Source: Blastocladiella emersonii ATCC 22665
Lineage: Eukaryota > Fungi > Blastocladiomycota
Direction: 5' to 3'
DNA: 64,000 nucleotides
Assembly: GCA_025594325.1 (NCBI GenBank)
Contig: JANHCV010000009.1
Span: forward strand, 496,001 to 560,000
The notes beneath the pieces were generated by a model that worked only from the letters and a program-made list of their open reading frames with translations, did no database searches and was not told where the DNA came from. Below, piece by piece: positions 30,745 through 42,210 of the stretch; within the stretch, counting starts at the first letter, position 1, and every line of letters begins with the position of its first letter. The position numbers and the translations under genes are program-made.

Positions 30745-31416
30745 TTACTTGGCGTGCTGCTCGGTCCACTCCTTGGCGGTGCGGATCGCGTCTTTCTCGT
30801 TCTCCTTCCAGTGCTGGGCCACGTCGTTGGCGAGCGGGTCGTCCGGGTTGGGCGCCGACAGCAGGGCCTGGATCGAGAGCAGCACGGTGCGGATCTGCAG
30901 CGCTGGCGACCACTTGTCCTTGAGGATGTCGAGGCAGATGCGCCCGAGCTTGTCGATGTTCGGGTGGTAGATCTTGGTCAGGAAACGCACCTTGGGCGGC
31001 GCCATCGGGTAGTCGTCGGGCAGGAACAGCTCGAGCTTGAAGTTGCCGCCTACGCTCTGAGCGTTAGTCTACGGCAAGTCACACACACACAGGAAACAAG
31101 TACCCTCGAACGGCGACTGGGCGGGGCCCGTCATGACCACGTCAAAGTACCGCAGGTTGTCCTCGTGCGGCTTGGCGTCGATGCCCGGCGCGGGCTCGGC
31201 GAGCAGACGCTCCGTTTCCTACGGCGCGGCGGGTGCGGGGGTGGGTGGTGCGTGAGCGGCCGTGGTCCAAGCGAGCAAGCGCGCGAACCGGGTGCGGGCA
31301 GAAAAGGTGGCGCGGCCCGCGGGTATCGCGTCGGCCGCGCATGCGCAGGGTGCCGGGGAGAGCATTGCATCGAGTTTCATGGGTCCAACCTTGATGATAC
31401 GCTTGGAGAGGGCCAT
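30745..31416 (-). CDS. UBC13: Ubiquitin-conjugating enzyme E2 Ubc13; exons 31416-31390, 31218-31104, 31049-30745
   Basis: MALSKRIIK|[13 protein letters not shown]...[37 protein letters not shown], which is characteristic of Ubc13/UBE2N. Confidence 0.96.
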
Positions 31417-31546
31417 GGTGGGTGGAGATCACGGCGCTCCGCCGCCGCCCGCCGAGTTTTGTTCACCGCGTCTCGGCCGCCTTCTCCTCCGCAAGGTCGG
31501 CTGACTCAACTCTTTCGCAATGCGCTAGGGTATGTATTCCAGTAAA

Positions 31547-32576
31547 TCACTCTGCCGCCGTCGGCGCACCCGCCGCGCCACCGTTCGCCCGCCCCGCGCG
31601 CTTGAACTCGGCGGGCATCACATAGTTTGGGTCGCTCCAGATGCCCTTCTTCGCGCGGCGCGCCTTGTCCTGGGCGGCCATGAACTTGTCCTTCATGCCG
31701 CCGTACTCGGCGCCGCGCTGCGTGTAGACCGTGCCGAGCCCCTCCTTGAGCAGGTCGAGCGACAGGTTGCGCCACAGGAACGGCAGGAGCCGCGGGTACG
31801 GCCGGTAGTACGGCATCGCCACCACGCGCCCGTACTGGTCGACGCGGTAGATGTCGACGCGCACCAGCCCGAGCTTGCCGCCGACGAACGCGTGGCGGCC
31901 GCCGCCGCGGACCGGGGTGTCGTCGTTGTTGGACTGGGGGAGGAGCGAGGAGGAGGGTGGTGCGGGTGGTGCGGGCCCGCCGCGCAGGAACTTGGTCGTG
32001 CCCGGCTTGATGGTCGCGCCGGGCATCAGCTTCGACAGCGTGTACTCGTACGCTTCCAGGGAGTACGGCTGCGCGGGCATCCCAAAGTGCGCGGCCTCGG
32101 GGCAGTCGGTGCCCGCGATCCGCACCGAGATGGTCACCTCCGAGCACTTGGCCGGGCCCGGGATGTCGGCCTCGCTGTACCACCGGAGCGCCGGCGTGTG
32201 GAAGAATCTAGGTTGGCGAGAGAGACACGCGGGGGTCAGGGATGACCTCGTTCTCAGAGCGACGCGTTGTGCGCGCGTACCGGAACCCGTCCGAGTCGCC
32301 GACTGACACCACGTATCCCGTGAGCCGCAGCGGGCCGCCCGTGCCGTTACGGTTGACGCGCGCCTCGGGCAGGTCTTTCGCCGTCGCGTACCGCACCGCG
32401 AGCGTGTTGAACCGCGACACGCGCCACAGCACGGCGGCCGCCACGACGACGACGGCCGTCGCGGCGATGCCCACGGTCGCGCCCGTTGACAGGCCGAGAG
32501 AGGAGGATGGTGGTGCGCCGTTCGGGAGAGGTGGCATGTTGGAGGATGGTTTGCTGCTGCTGCTGTTGGCGCTCAT
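31547..32576 (-). CDS. LCL3: Staphylococcal nuclease-like endonuclease Lcl3; intron 32280-32208
   Basis: N-terminal TM helix; VSVGDSDGFR|FFHTP, VRIAGTDCPEAAHFG, DQYGRVVA and ARRAKKGIWS motifs. Confidence 0.9.
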
Positions 32577-32890
32577 GGTGGCGGGGGCGAGGGGGCGCGG
32601 GCCGGATTTGTAGCAGTCGAGTGTGTGGGCTCAGTGCCGGGGTTCGAGTTGCATGCGGTCGGTGGTTCTATCGAAGCTCCGTTGCGTGGGGGTCAGCGTT
32701 CGAGAGCGGGAAGGCCGCGGCGGCGAAGCGACGTGGTGGCGGAGGATGAGGCGACGCCCGCTCGCGTCCCGTGCCGGTGACCTTCGCGACCATCGACGTC
32801 CCGCTTCGGCACTCCCGCTCTGGCGACAGTGCGGAAATAACAACATCGTTTGTATACGTGAAAAATAAAAAGAATAATAAATGAGGCTCG

Positions 32891-34627
32891 TTAGAGATGG
32901 AGCTCGGTCAGCGAGGGCGGCGCGGCCACGCGGATCGCCGCCTCGCCCGCAGGCGTGATACTGGTCCCCATCAGGTCCAAGAGCTCCAGGGCCGGGGGGA
33001 GGTGCTCGGCCAACGCCGCGGCACCCACGTCCGTGATGTTGTTGTGCGAGAGCGTCAGCTTGGTCAGCGCGGGCGGGAGCCGTGCCGCGAGGGGCCGGAC
33101 AGACTCATTGTTGAGCAGCTGCCCCTCGAGTTGGTGGTAGATCCGCTCAAGTTGGAGGATCCGCAAACCCGGCGGCATCTGGTAGTCCAGTGCATGTGCA
33201 TCATTGCGCAAGAGGGTTGATCCGATCAGGTTCAACTCCTGCAGAGAGCTTGGCAGCATGCGGATCAGCTGCGCCAGGCGTTTGTCTGCAAAGTTGACAT
33301 CCCAAAGCTTGAGCTTCTTGAGCCCGTTGAGAGACGCGCTGAACAGCGCACGGAATGCCGCATCTTCAAGTTGCAGCCCCTCGAGGTTGAGCGACTCAAG
33401 CGTCTGCGGAAGCTGGCGGAAGACCATAGCGAGGTTAGACGTCGACATATCCGGCTCACTCAGCCGCAGCGACTGGAGGCGCATCGACGGGAGCGCCGCC
33501 GCAAGGACAACGGTGCCGTGGTCGCCCATCTCGGCGTACTCGAGACTCAGCTTGGTGAGCCCCGGCGGGAACGCCCACGACTCCGTTGTTGGATTAACGG
33601 CGCCCAGCTTGGCATTGCTGATGACCAGCTTCTTGAGCATGCGCGGTAGGTGCGGGCACATGCGCGCAAGGACGGAGCCGTTGATCGGGGTGTTCTGGAC
33701 GTGCAATGAGTATAGTTCGGCGGGAAGCACACGAGCGATCGCGACGGCCGTGTCGGCGTCAAAGCGGCTGTTGTGGATTTCGAACTTGGCGAGGTTGGTC
33801 GGCAAGCCGGAGAAGAGGCACGGCAGAATATCCTCGGTCAGCTCCAATGCCTTGAAGACAAGCCGCTTGACGGACGACGGCCACTGGACGACGCGCGCCA
33901 GGTCTTCGGGCTTGGCATCGCCAAACCACAGGCGGTCGACCAAAATGGTCTTGACGGTCGTGGGAAGCTTGAAGGCGAACAGGCGCGGCAGGTCGACCGT
34001 GCTTTCGCTGATCATGAACGAGATGGGCGCCGCCGCCGGGCTCGCCATGGCGTTGTTAAGTGCGGCGATGCCGTTGAGCGACACAGGGTGACGGCGCAGC
34101 TGAATCACGCGGGCGTGACCCGAGGCGACGTCGGCGCACGCGGCGAGCGTTTTCGCGTCAACCTGCACGATGGGCGATGGGTGCTGGTCGGGGAATTGCT
34201 CCTCGTCGAGCGGCGAACGAAGACCAAGAGCGACGAAGAACTCGCTGTCATTGTAGTAACCGATGTGCAGGCCCTCGAGGTAAATCTGCATGTCGACCGC
34301 GCCCGAGTCGCGCCATCACTCGAGCGCGGAGAGAAAGCGATGAGAGTATGCCTCTTCGAGCGCCCAGAACGAGCAGCGGAGCGGGAGACCGAGCGACGCC
34401 CACCTGTTGAGCAAGGACAGGTCGCCGCGCATTGTCGCCGAGTCGAGCGAGAGCTGCGGGCACCGTTGAACAATCGTGTGCTGCACGCCCGGGATCTGCA
34501 CCTGCAGCATGACGCGCGAGTACTCGAGCATGCCAGCAAGGTCATCCTCGTCGTCGTGCAGCTCGACGGCGTAGCAAAGAGCTTTGTGAATCATTGCCGT
34601 GATGTCGAGATCCTCGAGTCGTTTCAT
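32891..34627 (-). pseudogene. Family B copy B1 (F-box-like/ankyrin-like + RNI-like LRR), single nonsense codon
   Basis: ORFs 34316-34789 and 32891-34291 are in the same frame, separated by TGA (34318-34316) replacing the first W of EWWRDSG. LRR units such as LPPALTKLTLSHNNITDVGAAALAEHL. Confidence 0.85.
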
Positions 34628-34738
34628 GGAGTTTACGTTGCAATGAGCGATGGTGTGGTCCAAAAAGGGTGGAAAGAGCCCGTCGAGACCTGCGTCGATC
34701 GGACAGCAATGCCCAAGGCGACGCCACAGAGACAAGGT

Positions 34739-34774
34739 CACGCGATATCGCGACGCGTCTCCGATTGTCTCGCG
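34739..34774 (-). promoter_or_regulatory. Conserved family B upstream motif (GAGACA-n4-6-GAGACGCG-TCGC-GATATC-RCGTGA), B1 instance
   Basis: Related motif upstream of all six B copies (about 36782-36806, 39849-39885, 42354-42390, 44540-44578, 62052-62092, 62175-62215). Contains the perfect palindrome CGCGATATCGCG. Confidence 0.6.
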
Positions 34775-34884
34775 CCTCGCTCGTATCATGCACCGACCCA
34801 GTGCGTTCGATAATTTAGTACGCGTGTATTATTCACTAGTTAAGCTGTCGCTGCACACACTCTTAATAGTTTGGCGGAAGAGAC

Positions 34885-36663
34885 TCACGCTACCACCCAC
34901 AGTTGAGCTCGACCAACGAAGCCGGGGCCGCGGCCCGAATAGCTAGCTGCCTTGCCAACTTCACTCCGCAGCCATCCCAAGTCTAAAACTTTGAGCTCGG
35001 GTGGCATCTGTTCAGCGAGCGCCATTGCCCCCTTGTCGCCGATATCGTTTGCGTACAAACGGAGTGTAACGAGCGTGCGGGGAAGACGTTCCGCAAGGCA
35101 AGCGAGCCCTTGATCGTCAAGTCCGGTTTCACCGAGGTTGAGATGTTCGAGCGCAGGTGGCATGTGCTTCGCGAGTAGCCGAGCGTTTGCCCGCGGAAAC
35201 TTGGACCCGGGCACACTGAGACTAATCAAGGATCGAGGCAAGCGTCGAAGAAGATGCGCAGTGCCAGCGACTGAGGCTTGCAGTCATTCACCGAAAGCTG
35301 CTGGAAGCCGTCACGCAGCGCGCCCGCGAGCGCAGCGGCAGCAGAGTCGTTGATTCGGCCGCCGTCAATGATGAGTTTGGTGAGCGTTGGTGGAAGGGAG
35401 CGGAACAAGAGTGGAAGCTGGCTCCCAGAAAATTTAGTGCAGTAAAGCTGGAGCGCCTCGACTGACGTCGCCACGAGCGAGTTGGCAAGAGTAGCAAATC
35501 CGCGATCTTCAAGCCAGTCGTTGTTGATGAAAATGCTCTTGAGCGACGCGGGCACCATCCAAACCACGTTTTCGCCGACATTGCTAAGTTGGTTCTCAAT
35601 GAGGTTAAGTTGCTCGAGTGAACGTGGAAAACAAGAGCACATCGCCGCAAAATCAGTGCCAGACAACGATGTCGACATGAGAGTCAGCTTTTTGAGCTGG
35701 GCCGGAAGTCCGCGCGCAAAAAAAAAGGGTCTTGTCGCGGTCGAGCTTGCAATGTGAAACCCCCAAGTAGCGACAGACATTCGGAAGCTGGTTGAGAAGT
35801 ACAGCCAACGTCGATGCCGTCAAGTTGTTCCGAAGCAAGCAGAGCTTACGCAGGCTCGGAGGCCACGCCATGGTGCGGCACAGATCATCTGCAGTCGATT
35901 GGGTCAGCCAGTGTTTATCCAAAGTAACCTCGACCGAATCTGGAATCCGCAGGGCAAGAAGCCGCGTGAGGTCGGGGCTCGCCATGGCCAAGTTGAGAGC
36001 GTCGATTCCAGCCGGCGAGATGGAAGGGCAATTGAGCTCCAGTTCGTGGATTTCGCCCGAGGCAACGCTGGGACACATGCCAAGCGCAACAGTGTCAATG
36101 CACGGAAGTTTTGGCCCATCCGCGTCGCGATCGCCCTCACTCTGAGAGCATTCCGAGAGATCCGATGCGCTAAGATCGTCTGAAGCTGAGTCCGATACCG
36201 AAACAGAGCCCGAATTTGACTCGTCATTTGAATTACCTTCCCACTGCGCGATTCCGAGCGCGGCATAGAGGCGAGAGCGTCGACTGCTGGGCTCCGAGTG
36301 CTCATCCAAGAACACGCGATAAAAACGCAAGTCGAGCGCGCCAGAGTCGCGCCACCACTCGAGCACTGAGAGGTAACCAGCATCGCACGCATCCTCCAAG
36401 GCGGTGACGCTAACCAAGTAGTGAAGCTTGAACGAAGCGCACAGCTCGAGCATGGCGACATTACCTGCCCGGGTTGCTGCATCGGCCGAGAAGGCGTCCG
36501 ATAGATTGAAAATGACAGGTATTACAGCCGGAATCAAATCGCGTCGCATGACACGCGCATACTGCATGAGCGTCGGGATATTTTCGTCCCTCGGCCAATG
36601 CAACTCGATCGCATAACGCAAGATCCGCTCAATAATGGACGGGATCGCCAATTTGACGCGCAT
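34885..36663 (-). pseudogene. Family B copy B2, three frameshifts
   Basis: Homology passes through ORFs 35653-36849, 35226-35780 and 34885-35241. Shifts occur at the A9 run (35718-35726), near 35265, and at a 4-bp duplication near 34945. Confidence 0.85.
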
Positions 36664-37231
36664 TGCATGTAGTCTTGCGTTGCGATCGTGGGTGTATTTA
36701 CGAAGTGGATCAACGAGGGGAGAGAAACGGCTCCGCGGGAGACCGTGCTGCCCCTGCGATCTCGCTTGGCTGAAATGAACATCACGGGATATCGCGACGC
36801 GTCCCACGGCCTGATTTTCACTCCTCACGTCCCGCTTTGCGCTTCTCACGCCCTATGCGTGTTTGCTCATCTCGATCTCATTTAGGGAGTGCCAGTGAAG
36901 TTCAGGAGGGATTACTGTTCACGAATGAAGGCCGCACCATTCACCAAACACCCACCCGGGAGTGTGGCCCACCGCGGCTCTCAATTTGCGAGGAAATGGA
37001 GGGGCTCGACTCACGCGCGTTTCAGGGGCGCCAAGCCCTTCGATTGGCCGAAACCGCTTCGTTGCGGTGCACAGGCTGAAAGCCAACCAGACCGCACACG
37101 AGTTTAACGGGTGCACGTAGCGTACAAAAGCGGGCGGCGCCCCCGCCCCCTTCCGCTCTCGGTCCACAACTCGCAGATCGCCGCCGCACTCGCTCCCAGT
37201 GCAACGACTCCTCCGTCACCGCTCATCCACC

Positions 37232-37738
37232 ATGACCAACACCGAGCTCAAGCAAACCTGCTGCGGCTGCGTGCCCATTCGCCGCGGTATCCTGGCGCTG
37301 CTCACGATCGAGCTGATCATCTCGGTCGCGGCCGCCTTCCTCGTCGCGTACGGTGTCCTCACGGTCAAGACCTCGACCAAGAATGCCGACGGCGCTCTCG
37401 TCGACGCGAGCGGCAACGTGGTCGTCAGCAAGGAGGACGCGGACACGCTCGCGCTCCTAGGCTACATCTCGGGCGGCATCTTCGGCCTGCAGGCCCTCTG
37501 GACGCTGTTCGGCCTTATGACCGTGGTCAAGCGCAAGGTCACCGGGTTCAAGTTCTTTGCCTACATCACGGGTCTGTTCGCAATCCTCACCATCGTCGGC
37601 GCGGCACTCACGCCGTCGCTCGGCAACATCGTCGGAGCCGTCCTGAACTGCTACTTCACCTATGTGTTCGTGCAGTACTCGAAGGTGCTGCGCGAGGAGC
37701 ACAACGCGAGCTCGGGCTACGTCCCCGCTCAGGCCTAG
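37232..37738 (+). CDS. Small multi-pass (about 4 TM) membrane protein with CCGC N-terminal motif (LAPTM/tetraspan-like), 168 aa
   Basis: MTNTELKQTCCGCVPIRRGILALL; four hydrophobic segments; GC-ending codon bias like the core genes. Confidence 0.75.
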   Translation: MTNTELKQTCCGCVPIRRGILALLTIELIISVAAAFLVAYGVLTVKTSTKNADGALVDASGNVVVSKEDADTLALLGYISGGIFGLQALWTLFGLMTVVKRKVTGFKFFAYITGLFAILTIVGAALTPSLGNIVGAVLNCYFTYVFVQYSKVLREEHNASSGYVPAQA

Positions 37739-37915
37739 AGCGTCCGCGCGACGGCGTGGCGGTCATGTCGCCCGTCGTGTGTGAGCTCCGATTCGCAATA
37801 AAAAACATGTATTTGGAGGCGTGATACACTTGCGAGTGCTCTGTTCTGCTTCGCGAATGCGTCGCGCGTGGTGAGTGACACGTTAAAAGGCCGTGAGCTC
37901 GACCCTGCGCTTGCG

Positions 37916-39715
37916 TTAGTAAAGAATCGTCTTGAGGGTCTTGGGAGCAGCGGCGGTAATCGCTGCAAGACCCTTGCGACCTCGAAAGTCGCCCAAATCC
38001 AAGAATTCCAGGGCGGGAGGGAGATGCGCGGCGAGCACAATCGCACCCTCGTCGCTCACGTTTCCGGCCAGGCTCAGCGTGGTCAATGTGGCGGGTAGAT
38101 GCGGTGCAAGGCAAGCGAGCCCTTGGTCAGAGAGGTCCGTGCGATCGAGCTTGAGCGAAGCGAGCGCCGGCGGCATGTGCGAGGCCAGAAGCTGAGCGGT
38201 CGCGAGCGAGAACTTGGACGCGCTCAAGTCGAGCAGGCGCAAGGAGCGGGGCAAGTGTCGCACGAGTTCCGCCACCCCAGCCTCCGAGCGCATGCAGCAG
38301 ATCAGCTCAAGCTCCTCAAGACCGTCGCGAAGAGCGCTCGCGAGTGCAGCGGCGGACGCATCGTCAAGGTGACCGTCGCTAATGTGGCACTTTTTGATCG
38401 TCGATGGAAGCGAGCGGAGCAAGTTTGGCGTCTGACCCGTGACCGTGCGGACGACGCAACGCAGCTGAAGCTCCCTGATAGAAGATTGGGCGAGCGACGT
38501 GGCCAAAACCGCCGGTCCGTTGCCTTCAAACCACTCTTGCTTGAGGACGAGAGCTTTGAGAGAGGCAGGGAAAACCCAGCGAGCCTCCTTGTCAACAGTG
38601 CCAAGTTGATTGTGAGCAAGGGTCAGTTTAGTGAGCGAGCTAGGGAGGACTGGGCACAAGGCCGCGAAATCGGTGCCAGTCAAGCTGGTGCAGAAAAGCG
38701 TCAAAGACGTGAGCGTCGATGGAAGGCCGCGCGCGAGTTCAAGTGAGTTCCTGCAGTTAAGCTCGTGCGAGTCAATCACGAGGTCGGCGTTGCTGGGAAA
38801 GCTGGAAAGGAGACATGTGAGTGATTCGTTCGTCGGAATATCTTGTTGAAAAGTCAGTTCGCGCAAGCTTGAGGGCCACGTCATGGCACTCGACAGATCG
38901 GCACCAGCCGTTTCGTGCAGCCATAAGCCGCTGAGGAAGATTTCCTCGACCGAATCAGGAATGCGTAACGCAAGCATGCGTGCGAGGTCAAACGTGCTTG
39001 ATCGAATGTTCAAGGACTGGAGTGCTTGGGAGGGGCTCGCCATGGCGTCGTTGAGAGCGGCGATTCCTCCCATTGTGACGGTCAATCGGTTGAGCTCGAG
39101 GAAGCGGATCTTGCCCGATGCAATCTTGAGACACAGCTCCGCCACGAAGGCGTTGGTGCAAGGGAACGATGTTGTAGCGCCGGCGGGAGCTTTATCAATG
39201 TCCGAGTCGCCCTCGTCGTCCAACTGGCCATCCGAATCGCTCGAAACGTCCGAGTCCGAACCATAATAAGAGTCGTCGTCCGAGTCGTCATACCACGGAA
39301 TAATCCCAAGGGCGGCGTGCGCCCGGTCAAAATTGGCGCCGGCACCGTAAGCTCCTTCAAAGTAGTCGCGCACCGTTTTGGGGTCGAGATGACCCGAGTC
39401 GCGCCACCACTCGAGTACTGAGAGGTAGCCAGACAAGAAAGCATCACCCAGCGCTGATGGTGACACGCCGTGCAAGCGGCCGAGAGAGGCTCGCTTCTTG
39501 AGAACAGCGAGCTTGCCCGCGCTCGTTGCTCCGTCGACAGAGAAGCTCTTTGCTTGATCCAAAACAGCGGGAAGCACGGCCGGAACGAGCTCTTGGCGCA
39601 TCACGCGGGCGTACTGCATGAGGGCCGTGACGTCGTCGTCCTCGAAGGCGTGCAGCTTGACGGCACAAAGCAAGATGCGCTCGACAATGTCGGCTACGGC
39701 CAGCTTGACGGTCAT
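37916..39715 (-). CDS. Family B copy B3, intact (about 599 aa)
   Basis: MTVKLAVADIVERILL; AT..G.L.VL / LEWWRDSG ankyrin-like unit; Asp/Ser-rich linker; many LP.SL..L.L LRR units; uninterrupted ORF. Confidence 0.9.
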   Translation of the reverse strand: MTVKLAVADIVERILLCAVKLHAFEDDDVTALMQYARVMRQELVPAVLPAVLDQAKSFSVDGATSAGKLAVLKKRASLGRLHGVSPSALGDAFLSGYLSVLEWWRDSGHLDPKTVRDYFEGAYGAGANFDRAHAALGIIPWYDDSDDDSYYGSDSDVSSDSDGQLDDEGDSDIDKAPAGATTSFPCTNAFVAELCLKIASGKIRFLELNRLTVTMGGIAALNDAMASPSQALQSLNIRSSTFDLARMLALRIPDSVEEIFLSGLWLHETAGADLSSAMTWPSSLRELTFQQDIPTNESLTCLLSSFPSNADLVIDSHELNCRNSLELARGLPSTLTSLTLFCTSLTGTDFAALCPVLPSSLTKLTLAHNQLGTVDKEARWVFPASLKALVLKQEWFEGNGPAVLATSLAQSSIRELQLRCVVRTVTGQTPNLLRSLPSTIKKCHISDGHLDDASAAALASALRDGLEELELICCMRSEAGVAELVRHLPRSLRLLDLSASKFSLATAQLLASHMPPALASLKLDRTDLSDQGLACLAPHLPATLTTLSLAGNVSDEGAIVLAAHLPPALEFLDLGDFRGRKGLAAITAAAPKTLKTILY

Positions 39716-40026
39716 TGCATGAAGTTTGCGTTGCGATTGATGATTCATTCACGAGCGGAGAGGAGACACGGGAGAGCTGGGACGAGAAGATGGCGTGGCG
39801 CAGCGCCCAGCCACCCGGCGCTTGGCGCCGCTTGCCCCACGTGAGCTAGACGTGATATCCAGTCGCGTCCCGCATGTCTCTCGCGTGGGCACCCGGCCGC
39901 CAGCGGACGTCTTGGACGAGCTTGCATACGCGGCTACGTTGTAACCCCGCCTCCGGCGTTGTTGGGCGCCGTACTTCATGTTACGTGTGCACGAGCCGTG
40001 TTCAACGGTTGCACCAAGTTCAATTG

Positions 40027-40321
40027 GACACGTTGCGCAATTCGGGCCTCCCCCCGAATCCTGAAAGGCTGGCGCGTCCACGCGACCTGCGCCGCTGCCA
40101 GCTTGCGGGCGCCGCCGCGACCTGCCACCCATGTCGCCGCTCGCGGAACGCGGCCGACGCGTGGAAGCGAGGCCTGAGAGTTCGGCCCTCGCGTTGCAGG
40201 GAGTCGCGAGTGCAGCGCTCGTCGAGAGGCGTGGCAGGTCGCTTGCGTTGCGGTTCGGCGCGTCGCGTGACGCGCCCAGCCTTTCAGAATTCGGGGGGAG
40301 GCCCGAATTGCGCAACGTGTC
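40027..40321. mobile_element. MITE-like fold-back element (295 bp)
   Basis: GACACGTTGCGCAATTCGGGCCTCCCCCCGAAT(C/T)CTGAAAGGCTGG... at 40027 and its reverse complement ending at 40321 (about 50 bp near-perfect, longer imperfect). Inner inverted pairs present; no ORF; no exact TSD found. Confidence 0.75.
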
Positions 40322-40413
40322 TATTCGATACCACTCCACCATCACGCAGGTGTGCTCAAGATTATTCCACGACGCGTCACAAAATAAAATAAAATACATT
40401 TGTGGTGAAACCA

Positions 40414-42210
40414 TTACACAATGGCCTTCAAAACCAAGTTCGGCGCTGCAGCACGAAGCGCAGCGCGGCCCTCGTTCCCTGGCAAGTAACCCGCGCCCAA
40501 TGCTTGCAGGGCAGGAGGAAGATGAGCCGCTAGAATAATCGCACTCTCGTTGCTCAGACTACCTGCAAGACTCAGCGTAGTCAGCGTGGCGGGGAGATGC
40601 GGCACGAGGCAGGTGATTCCTCGGTCAGAGAGATAGGCGTGATCGAGCTTGAGCGAAGCGAGGGTCGGCGGCATGTGCGACGCGAGAAGCTGAGCGGTCG
40701 CGAGCGAGAACTTGGACGCGCTCAAGTCGAGCAGGCGCAAGGAGCGGGGCAAGTGTCGCACGAGTTCCGCCACCCCAGCCTCCGAGCGCATGCAGCAGAT
40801 CAGCTCAAGCTCCTCAAGACCGTCGCGAAGAGCGCTCGCGAGTGCAGCGGCGGACGCATCGTCAAGGTGACCGTCGCTAATGTGGCACTTTTTGATCGTC
40901 GATGGAAGCGAGCGGAGCAAGTTGGACATCTGATCGGTCCGGGTGCAGATCACACTATGCAGTTGAAGCTCCCTGATAGAAGATTGGGCGAGGGACCTGG
41001 CGAGAATGGCAAATCCGTTATCTTCAAGCTTTTCGTTCTTGAGAACGAGGGTCGCAAGCGAAGCGGGAAAAGACCAGCGCTCACTCCCGCCAACAACTCC
41101 AAGCTCATTGTTTTTAAGAGTGAGAGAAGCAAGCGAGCTGGGAAGAGCTGAACACAAAGCCGCGAAGGCGGTCCCACTAAAGCGAGCGGATGAGAGGGTC
41201 AAGGCCGAGAGCGCAGGAGGAAGTCCGCGTGCAAGTGCAAGAGCGGTGTCGAAGTTGAGATTGCACCCGATAAGAACGAGCTTGGCGGTGGTGTTGGGGA
41301 ACTTTGCGAGAAGGCAGGTCAGCACCTCCTCCGCGGGCATAATTTTACGGAGTTTGAGCTCGCGTAAGCTCGAAGGCCACACCATTGCGCTTGACAGGTC
41401 AGCCCCAGCTGTTTCGTGCAGCCACAAAGCATCAAGGAATATTTCTTCGACCGAATCGGGAACTTGCAATGCAAGCAGTCGCTTGAGGTCAAACGTGCTT
41501 GAGGAAACGTGCAAAGATCGAAGCGCAAGCGATGGATTCGCTATGGCATCGTTGAGGGCGCCAACGCCGCCAAGTGAGATGGTCAGTCCGTCCAGCTTGA
41601 GGTTCCGGGCCTTGCCTTGAGCAAGCTTGGTGCGCAGTTTCGTTAAAAAGGCGTCGACACAGGGGAGTGACGCTGTAGCGCCGCTGACGCTTTGGCTGAT
41701 GGTCAAGTTGCTCTCGTCGTCTGACCGGCCATACGAGTTTGAGTAGTAATACAATCCGTCGTTGGAATCTTCATCAGAGTCGTAACCCACCGAAGCGATT
41801 CCAAGAGCGGCATATGTCCGGTTAAGCTCGAAACCAATGCTGTAGTTTTCCTCCAGGTAATAACCCAGAGAGCGAAGGTTGAGATATCCCGAGTCGCGCC
41901 AAAATTCGAGTACGAGAAGGTCGTTCGACTCGATGGCCGCGCTGAGGGCAGTAATGGGCACTCGCTGCAAGCGGCCCAGACATGCTCGCTTTTTGAGAAC
42001 GCCGAGCTTGCCCGCCCTGGTCGCACCGGCGGCAGAAAAACTCTTGGCTTGATCCAAGACGGCAGGCAAAACGGCCGGAATCAGCTCCTGGCACATCACG
42101 CGGGCGTACTGCACGAGGGCCGCGGTCTCGTCATCCTCGAAGGGGTGCAGTTTGACGGCGTAAAGCAAGATGCGCTCGACAACGTCGGCCACGTCCAATT
42201 TGACGGTCAT
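40414..42210 (-). CDS. Family B copy B4, intact (598 aa)
   Basis: Same architecture as B3; uninterrupted ORF. Confidence 0.9.
   Translation of the reverse strand: MTVKLDVADVVERILLYAVKLHPFEDDETAALVQYARVMCQELIPAVLPAVLDQAKSFSAAGATRAGKLGVLKKRACLGRLQRVPITALSAAIESNDLLVLEFWRDSGYLNLRSLGYYLEENYSIGFELNRTYAALGIASVGYDSDEDSNDGLYYYSNSYGRSDDESNLTISQSVSGATASLPCVDAFLTKLRTKLAQGKARNLKLDGLTISLGGVGALNDAIANPSLALRSLHVSSSTFDLKRLLALQVPDSVEEIFLDALWLHETAGADLSSAMVWPSSLRELKLRKIMPAEEVLTCLLAKFPNTTAKLVLIGCNLNFDTALALARGLPPALSALTLSSARFSGTAFAALCSALPSSLASLTLKNNELGVVGGSERWSFPASLATLVLKNEKLEDNGFAILARSLAQSSIRELQLHSVICTRTDQMSNLLRSLPSTIKKCHISDGHLDDASAAALASALRDGLEELELICCMRSEAGVAELVRHLPRSLRLLDLSASKFSLATAQLLASHMPPTLASLKLDHAYLSDRGITCLVPHLPATLTTLSLAGSLSNESAIILAAHLPPALQALGAGYLPGNEGRAALRAAAPNLVLKAIV

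Noticed and set aside
30745-31416. UBC13 as a functional partner of the neighbouring F-box-like arrays
   Set aside because: Ubc13 builds K63 chains with Mms2 and is not the SCF E2. It sits in a housekeeping block, so proximity is probably incidental.
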